Positions 25,001 to 36,579 of a DNA stretch of 64,000 bases are shown in pieces. Below the pieces are notes generated by a model. That model made no database searches and was not told where the DNA came from. It saw only the letters and a list, made by a program, of their open reading frames with translations. The translations under genes were made by a program, and so were the position numbers. Numbering within the stretch: position 1 is the stretch's first letter; every line of letters begins with the position of its first letter. This DNA is from Macrostomum lignano (lineage: Eukaryota), in contig NIVC01000390.1 in the NCBI GenBank assembly GCA_002269645.1, forward strand, positions 573,781 through 637,780. The letters run 5' to 3'.

Positions 25001-28000
25001 TGACTTGCAAATTGGAAGGCTTACCAGCCGCGATTTCGGTCGTACAACAAGACCATACATGCGCAACAGTCGGCCGAGTCGGCCGATCCGGCCGACCGAT
25101 TTGGCAGCCAATCAAGGAAGTCGCAAAAATGCCCATCCGAAAAAATACCAAAGTAGTATTACTAAGTAGCTGACGAGGCATTTTGACCTAATAAGACAGT
25201 CATAGTTACTCCTGCCGTTTACCCAAAGTTGCGTTAATTTTGCGTATGGTTTTTTTAATTACATGTAAGTCGCATTTTGGCCAAAAACTACGTCGCATTT
25301 TTGTTAAAACTAAGTCGCATGGCCGACTGAATTTTGGAGGTTGCGCATGTATGAACAAGACACAGCGCCGTCAGAGCAGTGGTAGTATTGATCGGTATTC
25401 TTTTAATTGTATTTGTATCGCAATTAACGCTGGCACTATCACCGGGGAGCCACGAAGAAGACGAGAATGGGGTCTCAAGGGGGTCCGAATAAATAGGCAG
25501 CAAACTGGGGGTTGAGGGCGCGGGATAAAGGCAGAAAAGGGGGCTTAGACATCAGCATAGGAAAAACATGAGCCGTACCAGCCAATCGCCGGGGCGCAGC
25601 ACGGCAGACTGGGACTGGCAGCCAATCACAAACAGGGGCGGGGCAGCAAAGCTAACAAAAGAATGGGGCGGGGTCGCACGGGGTGCACACAGAGCAAGGG
25701 GGGTTTGACTAAACGGAAAAGGCCTAGGCAGGGAGGGGGGTACGCACACGCAGAAGTGCAGGTGGGTGAGTCAGAAAATATCTGAGGAGGGGGGAGAGGA
25801 CGGCCAACTGGCCCGGCCTAGCAAAGTAGCAAAGTACACACAGTCATAATAACACATTCATGACACTATACTCGTAGAAGAGCGCCAGAGACTTTAGAAG
25901 AGCGCCAGAGACCATAAAAGAGTGCCAAAGACTATAGGAGAGCGCCAGAGACTTTAGAAGAGCGCCAGAGACCATAAAAGAGTGCCAAAGACTATAGGAG
26001 AGCGCCAGAGACTTTAGAAGAGCGCCAGAGACCATAAAAGAGCGCCACAGACTATAGAAGAGCGCCAGAGACTATAGAAGAGCGCCAGAGACTATAGAAG
26101 AGCGCCAGAGACTATAGAAGAGCGCCAGAGACTATAGAAGAGCGCCAGAGACTATAGAAGAGCGCCAGAGACTATAGAAGAGCGCCAGAGACTATAGAAG
26201 AGTACCAGAGACTAATGGAGAGGGCCAGAACGTGAATAAGCGCTTACCAAGCTAAACAATCGTTGAATTTCAGAGCTTCAAGCGAAAGCCGACCTGCCTA
26301 TCGATAATGTCTCGCAAGTCAATAAAGTTCCGTCAGTCCAAGTAAGACTCGATTATTGTATCAGATTGTTCTTTTTTACTCTGGCCACTGTATCTTAGTG
26401 TGCACTTCTTCTCACACTGCTCTAGAGAGATCGACCAATTCAACGAACAGCAACAGAATCTCCAGCAGCAGCAACAGCAGCAAAGGAAGCAATCCCTGCA
26501 CCAGCTGCACCAGCAGCAGACACTCCGGACTGTGCAATCAAGCCTAGATGAAGATGAGGCAGTGTACCGAGCTCTGATGAGCAATCGTCAAGTGGTTGTT
26601 AGTTACCATGCCGACGATTTTGCCAAAGCCGATCAGCTGCACTCGGCTCTGGTTAATCGGAATTTCAAAGTCTCCGTCTTTGCTATCAGCTGCTCGGTTC
26701 GCTGCTCAGCTGACGTCGGCGGCGGCTCCCAGGAGGCCGCAGCTGCCGGTACGTCGGATGCCGCTGTTGCTGCCGCTCCTGCAGCAGCCAGCGGAGCCGG
26801 CGGCGGCGACTCGGCTGGCAGTCAGGGCAGCTCGATTGGCATGAGGCGTGAGTGCCAATATCGGGAAGTGAGCAATGAGTGCAGTGTGCCATGGCAGTGT
26901 GCCATTTTCTACTGCGTGTGTTTATGGCTTGGGAGTTCAGTGTGCCGTTTTCTAATGCGTGTGTTTATGGCTTGGGAGTGCAGTGTGCCATTTTCTACTG
27001 CGTGTGTTTATGGCTTGGAAGTGCAGTGTGCCATTTTCTAATGCGTGTGTTTATGGCCATCTTTTCCAATGGCGACTTTTGGAAGTGTGATTCTGAAGCT
27101 ACTTTACCTAGCTACTGTCAACTGTGCACTTGGCCGATATGTTGTGTATGAAATGTTTCAAATCGCCTTCGCATAGGCACCTTAAGGTTTAAGTGACAGA
27201 AAAAGCCGGCAAGGCAGGTGTTCCATCTCAACCTGCGCCTGCAGGTATCGGCTCCCGCGAGACTCTGATTCTCGGCGACGAGCTGGACACCTGCTCCCAC
27301 TCGTCGGTAGAGCAGGCGGGCGACGAGTCTCGTGAAAGCCTGCTAGACTTTCAGACCAAGGCCGACTCGGCTGGCGCCGCCGTCTTCATCGTGTCAGACA
27401 GCTTCTTGTCGTCTAGGAGCTCTAGGAACCATGTGAGACTGACGTTACAGAATCAGGAGTTTTTTCTTCTCTTGCTACTGTTTACTTAAGCTAAGAGTAG
27501 TGTAATACGCGTTTTAGTTATTCTATGGTACTACTTATATATAAATAGTTAACAGTAGCATAATATGCATTTTAATGATTTAAACTTTTTTGCCAAAAAA
27601 TTCTAGATATTCTACTGCGAACAGCGGAAGCACATGATTCCGGTGCTGTGCGGCAACGTGCAGCTGCCCACTTGGCTTACTATGCTGTTGGAGGGCAGCA
27701 ACTCTGTTGTGAGAGTGTTTCCTGTGCCTCTGGGTTTGGGGCTTATTTGAATTTTTTATTTGACATACAAAAATAATTAACTTCTCATAAAAACAATGGT
27801 ATCATCAATAACCTCTCCATAAAACACAGGTACAATAAATAAACTGGCCATAAACACACAGGCAGCATAAATAAACTGGCCATAAACACACAGGCAGCAT
27901 AAATAAACTGGCCATAAACACACAGGCAGCATAAATAAACTGCCCATAAACACACAGGCAACATAAATAAACTGGCCATAAACACACAGGCAGCATAAAT

Positions 28001-29361
28001 AAACTGGCCATACATGTAAACACACAGGCAGCATAAATAAACTGGCCATAAACACACAGGCAGCATAAATAAACTGGCCATAAACACACAGGCAGCATAA
28101 ATAAACTGGCCATACATGTAAACACACAGGCAGCATAAATAAACTGGCCATAAACACACAGGCAGCATAAATAAACTGGCCATAAACACGCAGGCAGAAT
28201 AAATAAACTGGCCATAAACACACAGGCAGCATAAATAAACTGCCCACAAATACACAGGCAGCATAAATAAACTGCCCACAAATACACAGGCAGCATAAAT
28301 AAACTGCCCACAAATACACAGGCAGCATAAATAAACAGCCCATAAACACACTGATATCCCATTGACTGCGCAGAGCTCGGAGCAGCCAGGCTGGCCGGAG
28401 AAGGTGGCCGGTCACCTGGAGACCATATTCGATCCCAACACAATGGCCTACATGCACAAGAGCAAGGCGCTGGACTTTCGCATTGACAAGCTGGCCCAGA
28501 TGGTGAAGTCTCACCTGCCAGCTAATAAATGGTTTATCTATGTGTGCCGCAGCAAGCGCCTGGCCAACAGGTGCACAGACTCGGTGTGCAAGGCGCTCGG
28601 CGAGGCGCTGGCCCAGCTGGACTGGGTCGGCCTGGTCACCGGCGGCGGCCCCGGCGCCGACCAGATCGTGTCGCGCCAGTTCAGCTATAGCCGCAGACAG
28701 AACAACCAACCGGAGGACACCTGGCACCTGTTGCACGACAGCGGCGGCGATAAATCGTCTTCCACATCGGCAGCCGCAGCGCCAAAGTCGCCAAACACCC
28801 CGCCACAGTTCGGCAAGAGCCTCGTGTGCGGCGACTCCGCTGCCGAGAGGCTGCAAATCGCCGCCCACCTGTGCAGCCTCTGCCTGCTGATTGAGGGCGG
28901 CACGAAATCTGTGGAAGAGGCCGACCAGTTCATGTGGCACGACAAGGTGGTGCTGCCGCTCAAGTGCCTTGGCGGCGCCGCGGCCAGCTACTATGGAGAG
29001 AGCGAGCGGCGCTTTGAGGTAGCAGATTTTATTTTTTTTTGTCATCGATTTTTAATGTTTGCACGCAAAAAATATTAGACATTTCCGTTACTTGCTACTT
29101 TCGATGCTGATAGGTAGGATAATTTGCATCGGATAACAAATTTAATACTGGAAACTATAACTGTACACTGCTTAGGTGCCTCCGGGCGTTAGTCAGAAAC
29201 TGTGGAGTAAACTGGCGGTGCCGCTAGACTGCGGCAATTACACTGCCGAGCACCTGGTGGCCAACGTGCTCAAAATTATTCACAGCCTGCGCGGCTACGA
29301 GAAGCGAGCAGCTGCTCAGCAGCGGCCGGGCTTCCTCTGCAGGCTAAGAGGAACCACGTGA
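19034..29361 (+). CDS. Multidomain TIR-TIR-SLOG protein with two N-terminal ubiquitin-like (inferred) domains, ~991 aa; exons 19034-19331, 19765-20036, 21188-21574, 22165-22409, 24461-24623, 26274-26341, 26426-26847, 27245-27432, 27607-27708, 28374-29018, 29176-29361
   Basis: All 10 introns are GT-AG with matching phases; the exon-4 donor must be GTGTAA at 22410. TIR1: MLISYVRAEAAHVAVVLKEKLTALGCSVFL|DVDEIALGSDWQDALNDAVAATEVFIPLVTPRYGATQWTNREVKLAD. TIR2: VVVSYHADD...AAVFIVSDSFLSSRSSRNHIFYCEQRKHMIPV. SLOG: LGEALAQLDWVGLVTGGGPGAD...ERLQIAAHLCSLCLLIEGGTKSVEEA...KVVLPLKCLGGAA. Confidence 0.85.
19470..19660. repeat. 22-bp minisatellite GAGATCTGGCTGAGATAGGATA (intron 1 of TIR-SLOG gene)
   Basis: Tandem copies. 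Confidence 0.85.
20150..21135. repeat. 52-bp minisatellite GATCGGGATTCTTATAATTTGAGATAATTTATAAGTTGGGGATATTGATGAG (intron 2)
   Basis: About 18 tandem copies. Confidence 0.95.
21655..22050. repeat. 47/49-bp minisatellite GTGAAATCGGAATCCAAAATCCCAAATTTATGGGGAAAATTGTCCCA (intron 3)
   Basis: Tandem copies with alternating variants. Confidence 0.9.
22440..22850. repeat. 23-bp minisatellite GCTGTACTGGGACTCGCTTTCAG (intron 4)
   Basis: About 17 tandem copies. Confidence 0.95.
23290..24430. repeat. 31-bp minisatellite TCTGAGGGTCATTCAGTGAACTGCTGTATCT (intron 4)
   Basis: About 36 tandem copies. Confidence 0.95.
24650..26220. repeat. 20-bp minisatellite AGCGCCAGAGACTATAGAAG split by an insertion (24650-24754 and 25866-26220; intron 5)
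   Basis: The same unit occurs on both sides of a 1.1-kb unique block. Confidence 0.85.
24755..25865. mobile_element. Probable solo LTR (TGT...ACA, 4-bp TSD CTAT; Ty3/Gypsy-type hallmarks)
   Basis: 1111-bp non-coding block starting TGTGG and ending TGACA, flanked by CTAT at 24751-24754 and 25866-25869. It interrupts a minisatellite. Confidence 0.5.
26870..27055. repeat. ~43-bp minisatellite GCAGTGTGCCATTTTCTACTGCGTGTGTTTATGGCTTGGGAGT (intron 7)
   Basis: About 4 copies. Confidence 0.85.
27825..28350. repeat. 32-bp minisatellite GGCAGCATAAATAAACTGGCCATAAACACACA (intron 9)
   Basis: About 16 copies. Confidence 0.95.
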
Positions 29362-29489
29362 CCTTGCCTGTAGGGTTGTCTGACAATTTTTACTGATTCT
29401 AGTGTACTTATTTGATTGCATGCATATTCATTTTTATTTTTGTATATCAATATCACTTTTGTGAATTCTGTGGTGCAATCAAATCCACA

Positions 29490-30972
29490 ACTGATCAATC
29501 ACACTGGGGAAATCATCTATCACACTGGGGAAATCATCAATCACAATTGGGAAATCATCAATCACAATCGGGAAATCATCAATCACAATCGGGATATCAT
29601 CAATCACAATTGGGAAATCATCAATCACAATCGGGAAGTCATCTATCACAATTGGGAAATCATCAATCACAATCGGGAAATCATCTATCACAATTGGGAA
29701 ATCATCAATCACAATCGGGAAATCATCAATCACAATTGGGATATCATCAATCACAATTGGGAAATCATCAATCACAATCGGGAAATCATCAATCACAATC
29801 GGGATATCATCAATCACAATCGGGAAATCATCAATCACAATCGGGAAATCATCTATCACAATCGGGATATCATCAATCACAATTGGGAAATCATCAATCA
29901 CAATTGGGAAATCATCAATCAAAATCGGGATATCATCAATCACAATTGGGAAATCATCAATCACAATCGGGAAATCATCAATCACAATCGGGAAATCATC
30001 AATCACAATCGGGAAATCATCAATCACAATCGGGAAATCATCAATCACAATCGGGAAATCATCAATCACAATCGGGAAATCATCAATCACAATCGGGAAA
30101 TCATCAATCACAATCGGGAAATCATCAATCACAATCGGGAAATCATCAATCACAATCGGGATATCATCAATCACAATCGGGAAATCATCAATCACAATCG
30201 GGAAATCATCAATCACAATCGGGAAATCATCAATCACAATCGGGAAATCATCAATCACAATCGGGAAATCATCAATCACAATCGGGAAATCATCAATCAC
30301 AATCGGGAAATCATCAATCACAATCGGGATATCATCAATCACAATCGGGAAATCATCAATCACAATCGGGAAATCATCAATCACAATCGGGAAATCATCA
30401 ATCACAATCGGGATATCATCAATCACAATTGGGAAATCATCAATCACAATCGGGAAATCATCAATCACAATCGGGAAATCATCAATCACAATCGGGAAAT
30501 CATCAATCACAATCGGGAAATCATCAATCACAATCGGGAAATCATCAATCACAATCGGGAAATCATCAATCACAATCGGGATATCATCAATCACAATCGG
30601 GATATCATCAATCACAATCGGGAAATCATCAATCACAATCGGGAAATCATCAATCACAATCGGGAAATCATCAATCACAATCGGGAAATCATCAATCACA
30701 ATCGGGAAATCATCAATCACAATCGGGAAATCATCAATCACAATCGGGAAATCATCAATCACAATCGGGAAATCATCAATCACAATCGGGAAATCATCAA
30801 TCACAATCGGGATATCATCAATCACAATCGGGAAATCATCAATCACAATCGGGAAATCATCAATCACAATCGGGAAATCATCAATCACAATCGGGAAATC
30901 ATCAATCACAATCGGGAAATCATCAATCACAATCGGGATATCATCAATCACAATCGGGAAATCATCAATCAC
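29490..30972. repeat. 21-bp minisatellite ATCAATCACAATCGGGAAATC
   Basis: About 70 copies. It explains ORFs 29412..31109, 29416..30975 and 29479..30972. Confidence 0.97.
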
Positions 30973-31539
30973 TGAGTCAGGCTTCTGCCTTCAACTATGG
31001 CCTGATATTAAACATGAAATTAATATTGCAAGTGCTGCCTCTACCGATCTGTTTATTCAGTCTACTGTTCTTGAGACGTTGTAATTCCCGTTTGTTTTTG
31101 CCTGTCTGATGGCTTGCCAAATTATACTCGTAGATTGAATAGAACAAGTAAAGTTTGTTTTTTCCTGTATTTACGAGTTTCATATTATTACATCGATGAA
31201 TAACTCTAAAAGTACAAAGCCTCTTCAATCTGATTTGTTTTATTTTGTTTTTTTTCCATTAGCAGTGCCTTGGTTGAATCGCAGTGCATTAAAACAGGGA
31301 TCTAGACACGTTTGCATATTATTAGACCTTCATTTCTATTGCTGCCATTACGTAATTACCAGGTATTGAATGTCACTTCTTACTGTGCTCCTTTGAGCAC
31401 TCCTGCTTCTGGCTTAGCTCCTGTATCTCTTGTGGGATCTTCAAATCTCTTTCGATTTGACACCAAATTTGTCAACATCTACGCTCGTATGTGCGTTCGC
31501 TATTTTATTTTAACTGGTTGTGCGGTGACCTCTCATCCT

Positions 31540-33370
31540 TTCCCTCTCTCCTCTCCTCTCCTCTCCTCTCCTCTCCTCTCCTCTCCTATCCTCTCCTCTC
31601 CTCTCCTCTCCTATCCTCTCCTCTCCTCTCTCTCTTATCCTCTCATCTCCTCTCTCTCTTATCCTCTCATCTCCTCTCCTCTCCTCTCCTCTCCTCTCCT
31701 ATCCTCTCCTCTCCTCTCCTCTCCTCTCCTATCCTCTCCTCTCCTCTCCTCTCCTCTCCTCTCCTATCCTCTCCTCTCCTCTCCTCTCCTCTCCTCTCCT
31801 ATCCTCTCCTATCCTCTCCTCTCCTATCCTCTCCTCTCCTATCCTCTCCTCTCCTCTCCTCTCCTCTCCTCTCCTCTCCTATCCTCTCCTCTCCTCTCCT
31901 CTCCTCTCCTCTCCTCTCCTATCCTCTCCTATCCTCTCCTCTCCTCTCCTATCATCTCCACTCCTCTCCTCTCCTCTCCTCTCCTATCATCTCCACTCCT
32001 CTCCTCTCCTCTCCTCTCCTCTCCTCTCCTCTCCTCTCCTCTCCTCTCCTCTCCTCTCCTCTCCTCTCCTCTCCTCTCCTCTCTCTCTCTTATCCTCTCC
32101 TCTCCTCTCCTCTCCTCTCCTCTCCTCTCTCTCTCTTATCCTCTCCTCTCCTCTCCTCTCCTCTCTCTCTCTTATCCTCTCCTCTCCTCTCCTCTCCTCT
32201 CCTCTCCTCTCTCTCTCTCTTATCCTCTCCTCTCCTCTCCTATCCTCTCCTCTCCTCTCCTCTCCTCTCCTATCCTATCCTCTCCTAACTCTCTCTTATC
32301 CTCTCCTCTCTCTCTCTTATCCTCTCCTCTCCTATCCTCTCCTCTCCTCTCCTCTCCTCTCCTCTCCTCTACTCTCCTCTCTCTCTCTTATCCTCTCCTC
32401 TCCTCTCCTCTCCTCTCCTCTCCTCTCCTCTCCTCTCCTCTCCTCTCTCTCTCTTATCCTCTCCTCTCCTCTCCTCTCCTCTCTCTCTCTTATCCTCTCC
32501 TCTCCTCTCCTCTCCTCTCCTCTCTCTCTCTCTTATCCTCTCCTCTCCTCTCCTATCCTCTCCTCTCCTCTCCTCTCCTCTCCTATCCTATCCTCTCCTC
32601 TCTCTCTCTTATCCTCTCCTCTCTCTCTCTTATCCTCTCCTCTCCTCTCCTCTCCTCTCCTCTCCTCTACTCTCCTCTCTCTCTCTTATCCTCTCTTCTC
32701 CTCTCCTCTCCTCTCTCTCTCTCTCTTATCCTCTCCTCTCCTCTCCTCTCCTATCCTCTCCTCTCCTCTCCTCTCCTCTCCTCTCTTATCCTATCCTCTC
32801 CTCTCTCTCTCTTATCCTCTCCTCTCCTCTCCTCTCCTCTCTCTCTCTCTTATCCTCTCCTCTCCTCTCCTATCCTCTCCTCTCCTCTCCTATCCTCTCC
32901 TCTCCTCTCCTCTCCTCTCCTATCCTATCCTCTCCTCTCTCTCTCTTATCCTCTCCTCTCCTCTCCTCTCTCTCTCTTATCCTCTCCTCTCTCTCTCTTA
33001 TCCTCTCCTCTCCTATCCTCTCCTCTCCTCTCCTCTCCTCTCCTCTGCTCTCCTCTCCTATCCTCTCCTCTCCTCTCCTCTCCTCTACTCTCCTCTCCTC
33101 TCCTCTGCTCTCCTCTCCTCTCCTCTCCTCTCCTCTCCTCTCCTCTCTTCTCTTGTCTCGTCTCCTCTTCTCTCTTTTATCCTCTCCTCTCCTCTCCTCT
33201 CCTCTTCTCTCCTCTCCTCTCCTCTCTCCTCTCTCCTATCCTCTCCTCTCCTCTCCTCTCTCTTATCCTCTCCTCTCCTCTCCTCTCCTTCTCCTCTCTT
33301 CAGTCTCCTTTCTTCTCCTTTCTCCTCTTCTCTCTTCTCTCCTCTCTTCTCCCTCCCTCACTTTTCTCTC
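31540..33370. repeat. (CTCCT)n polypyrimidine microsatellite
   Basis: 1.8-kb pyrimidine-only strand. It explains ORF 31312..33543. Confidence 0.97.
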
Positions 33371-33692
33371 TCGAATCTTCCCTCTTTTCTAATTTCACTG
33401 TCCCTCTTGTGCTAAAAAACATATTCCGTAGCCGGATGCACTCCTCCAGATCGCCAATAGCTCCCAGGCTTCCGCAATATCTCTTAATAGCTCTTCTATC
33501 TCAGCAGCTGGCGCACTGCGGTGATGGGAGTAAAGCTTATTGAATCTATACAACTTTTGGGTCGGGTTCTCGCGCAAAAACGAAGGCTGGGGGCGATAGT
33601 GAGAGCGGAAATGCATTGAATTGATTGGGTACAAGCAACGAGTTCTACTGCTCAGTGCCTGGTGCCTGGTGTGCTGTGGCCCATATGGTATA

Positions 33693-34614
33693 CACGGACT
33701 ACTTAAGTAGAAGGACGCGACACGCGCAAAACGTGCAAATTTTATTGGAGGCTGAATATTCAATTTTATGTAGCCCGACTCCAGAAACTCGCCGAAGTGT
33801 CGTTTTTTCACATGATACAAATAATTTAGTCCTTGTTCATGTAACATATGTAATGCATGATTAAAACGATGCAGAAACCTTAGAAAGTAGTTTCAAGCGA
33901 CGAAAACTAAACTTTTTCTGGTGAGTTTCGAGTCTCGACGTGCGGCATTTGTAGCACAAAATATAGCTCTTCATTTTGATATAGCACTTATTTTAAACGA
34001 TTCTTTTAGCTGTTCATTGTTACTGTGAAGCGTACCTTTTTGACCTGGTCATAAGAAAACCTATCGCAAGATGTACAGACATAAAACAGATACCACTGAT
34101 TCTGCGCCAATCGTATCGGATAAATAGAGTCAAGACGAACTGAGACGAAAGATTTTAAGAACACGAATTTTGAGTCTTAGTAGCCATTCAATATTTTTAT
34201 GCCATATTAATATTATTGGCCTTTTTAAAATGTATGCAAAAGTATATACTAAAGTGGTATAAGATAGCTAGCAGGTTTCTTGTATAAAGCAAATGCGAAA
34301 AAATGCAGTTTAAACAGTATCAACAAAAGCGTACAACGAAATATTTTACAACAAAATGATCTATTGTATAAAGATAACTTGCTATAACATTGCATTTCTA
34401 AACAGTACTAAGCTAGACGGAAATTATGTATTGATAAAAAATGGGACAAAAACAATAAACACTCTAAAAAAGATCTGCATTCTATGATAAGAACATTTCA
34501 ATGCCTTGCTAAAACTAAAGCTATAGTATACGCTAAGGGAACTTCAGCCTCCAAAAAAAATTACACGAATCGTGCGTGTTGCGTCCTATATAAACGACAA
34601 TTAAGTAGTCCGTG
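33693..34614. mobile_element. Non-autonomous TIR DNA transposon, 922 bp, 8-bp TSD (hAT or P-like superfamily)
   Basis: Perfect 14-bp TIR CACGGACTACTTAA / TTAAGTAGTCCGTG, extended by ~60 bp of imperfect inverted repeat. Identical flanks ATGGTATA at 33685-33692 and 34615-34622. AT-rich non-coding interior. Confidence 0.82.
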
Positions 34615-34944
34615 ATGGTATATGGAGAGTTTGCGTGCCAAGAATCGTTCACTGCTTTTGCCGCAACTCTGCATGCCTGTATCCCTATATTTATGCTATA
34701 TATCATCTGTCTTTTTGTATTGATTTTGTGCTATTCTTTTCAGCACTTCCGAATTCCAGGCGAAGCCAGTATGCGTGTCTCATCCGATGTGCGCTCACAA
34801 GTTTATTGACCGGCAAACAAGCAAAGCTCGGGAGACATTTCTGCTGCTTCCGTCTCTTTAGTGCCTGTTTTCTTTCGATTTGGTGAAACTCTGCGCTTGT
34901 GTTTGTGCGCTTGCTATTATAATTTAATTGGGGCGGTGACCTCC

Positions 34945-35670
34945 TTTTCCCTCCCTTCTCATCCCCTCTCCCCATCCCCTCTCTCCATCCCCTCTCTCCA
35001 TCCTTTCTCTCCCTATCCCCTCTCTCCATCCCCTCTCTCCATCCTTTCTCTCCCTATCCCCTCTCTCCATCCCCTCTCCCCATCCTTTCTCTCCCTATCC
35101 CCTCTCTCCATCCCCTCTCCCCATCCTTTCTCTCCCTATCCCCTCTCTCCATCCCCTCTCCCCATCCTTTCTCTCCCTATCCCCTCTCTCCATCCCCTCT
35201 CCCCATCCTTTCTTTCCCTATCCCCTCTCTCCATCCCCTCTCCCCATCCTTTCTCTCCCTATCCCCTCTCTCCATCCCCTCTCCCCATCCTTTCTCTCCC
35301 TATCCCCTCTCTCCATCCCCTCTCCCCATCCTTTCTCTCCCCATCCCCTCTCTCCATCCCCTCTCCCCATCCTTTCTCTCCCTATCCCCTCTCTCCATCC
35401 CCTCTCCCCATCCTTTCTCTCCCTATCCCCTCTCTCCATCCCCTCTCCCCATCCTTTCTCTCCCCATCCCCTCTCTCCATCCCCTCTCTCCATCCTTTCT
35501 CTCCCCATCCCCTCTCTCCATCCCCTCTCCCCATCCTTTCTCTCCCCATCCCCTCTCTCCATCCCCTCTCTCCATCCCCTCTCCCCATCCTTTCTCTCCC
35601 CATCTCTCTCTCCATCTCCTCTCTATGATCCCCTCTCTCCGCATCCCCTCTCTCCCCATCCCCTATCCCT
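34945..35670. repeat. C/T-rich minisatellite (CCATCCCCTCTC...CCATCCTTTCTCTCCCTATCCCCTCTCT)
   Basis: Tandem low-complexity copies. Confidence 0.9.
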
Positions 35671-36579
35671 ATATCTGTACATGTAAGCAGTCTTCTCAAG
35701 CTGCTAGTCTTCAGTAGTATATATTTTAAAAGTGAACCCACAGCAGTTTTCTTTTAAATCCCTTCCCAAATAAGCGCCGGAAAGTCACGAGTCTCAGGGA
35801 GATGATGGCCTCAGGGGTTTTTCGCATTCCGGACGCGAAAGCTCTGGTGCCTATATACATCCTGTGGGATATTTTCCCCTAGCTTTTTATATATTATCCC
35901 TGGGTAGATACTTGAGAACCCGACTACGAGCTGCCGGGATTGCCCAGGGAGGGGGGGTTCCAGCAGCCGCTTCATCTTGCCCAGTTTGAGATTCGCTTCT
36001 GCTTCTGCATGGGAGCCAGCTTCTTAGAGAGGCAGCATTTCTGATCCCATCGCTTCAATTCCCATCCTCCTCTCCCCATGCTCAAATCTCTCTCACTCTG
36101 CTTTTTTATCATCATCATCCATCTGCGGCTGCCAGCCCCGCCCAGCCTCCGAAATCCCCATCGGAGACTCGGAAGCTTCCCGAGAGTCCCTGCTGCCGCA
36201 TGGTTAAGTTCCAGCAGGCAGACAGGCAGGCAGTCAGTCCCTTGTGAGTCCGGCAGACTCGTGCTCTGCTGCAGTGAGCAGCTCGAAACATATGCCGCTT
36301 AGGGGATTTGTACTCAATATATGCTGCTCAGAAATGGGAGTTGATTTTTGCTTGTTGATGATGCCAAGAACAGTCTGATGGGGATTATAGATTGATTTCT
36401 AGCTGCGTTTTTGGGCTCTCTAGATTGACCGCATCCTGTCAATCAATCAGTTAGGATTCAGGATGCACTGGGGAAAGTTAACGTGTGTGCATGGCGTTAA
36501 TTTATGTAGAGAGGGAGAGAGAGAATGGAGAGTGACTTCCGAATTGAGATGAAGATTAAAAAGTAAAACTCAAACGAGC

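Noticed and set aside
27777-29045. 422-aa minus-strand ORF
   Set aside because: It is the antisense of the SLOG exon plus the 32-bp intronic repeat.
29490-30972. kB-like GGGAAATC in the 21-bp satellite (and GGGA-rich motifs in the 47- and 52-bp arrays)
   Set aside because: They lack the 3' CC half-site. GGGA is common in satellites throughout the window, so these are not distinguishable from background.
29412-33543. Long ORFs of 497-743 aa (HQSQSGN, EIINHNR, LSSPL repeats)
   Set aside because: They are stop-free frames of a 21-bp minisatellite and a (CTCCT)n tract, open in several frames and strands, with no unique domain.
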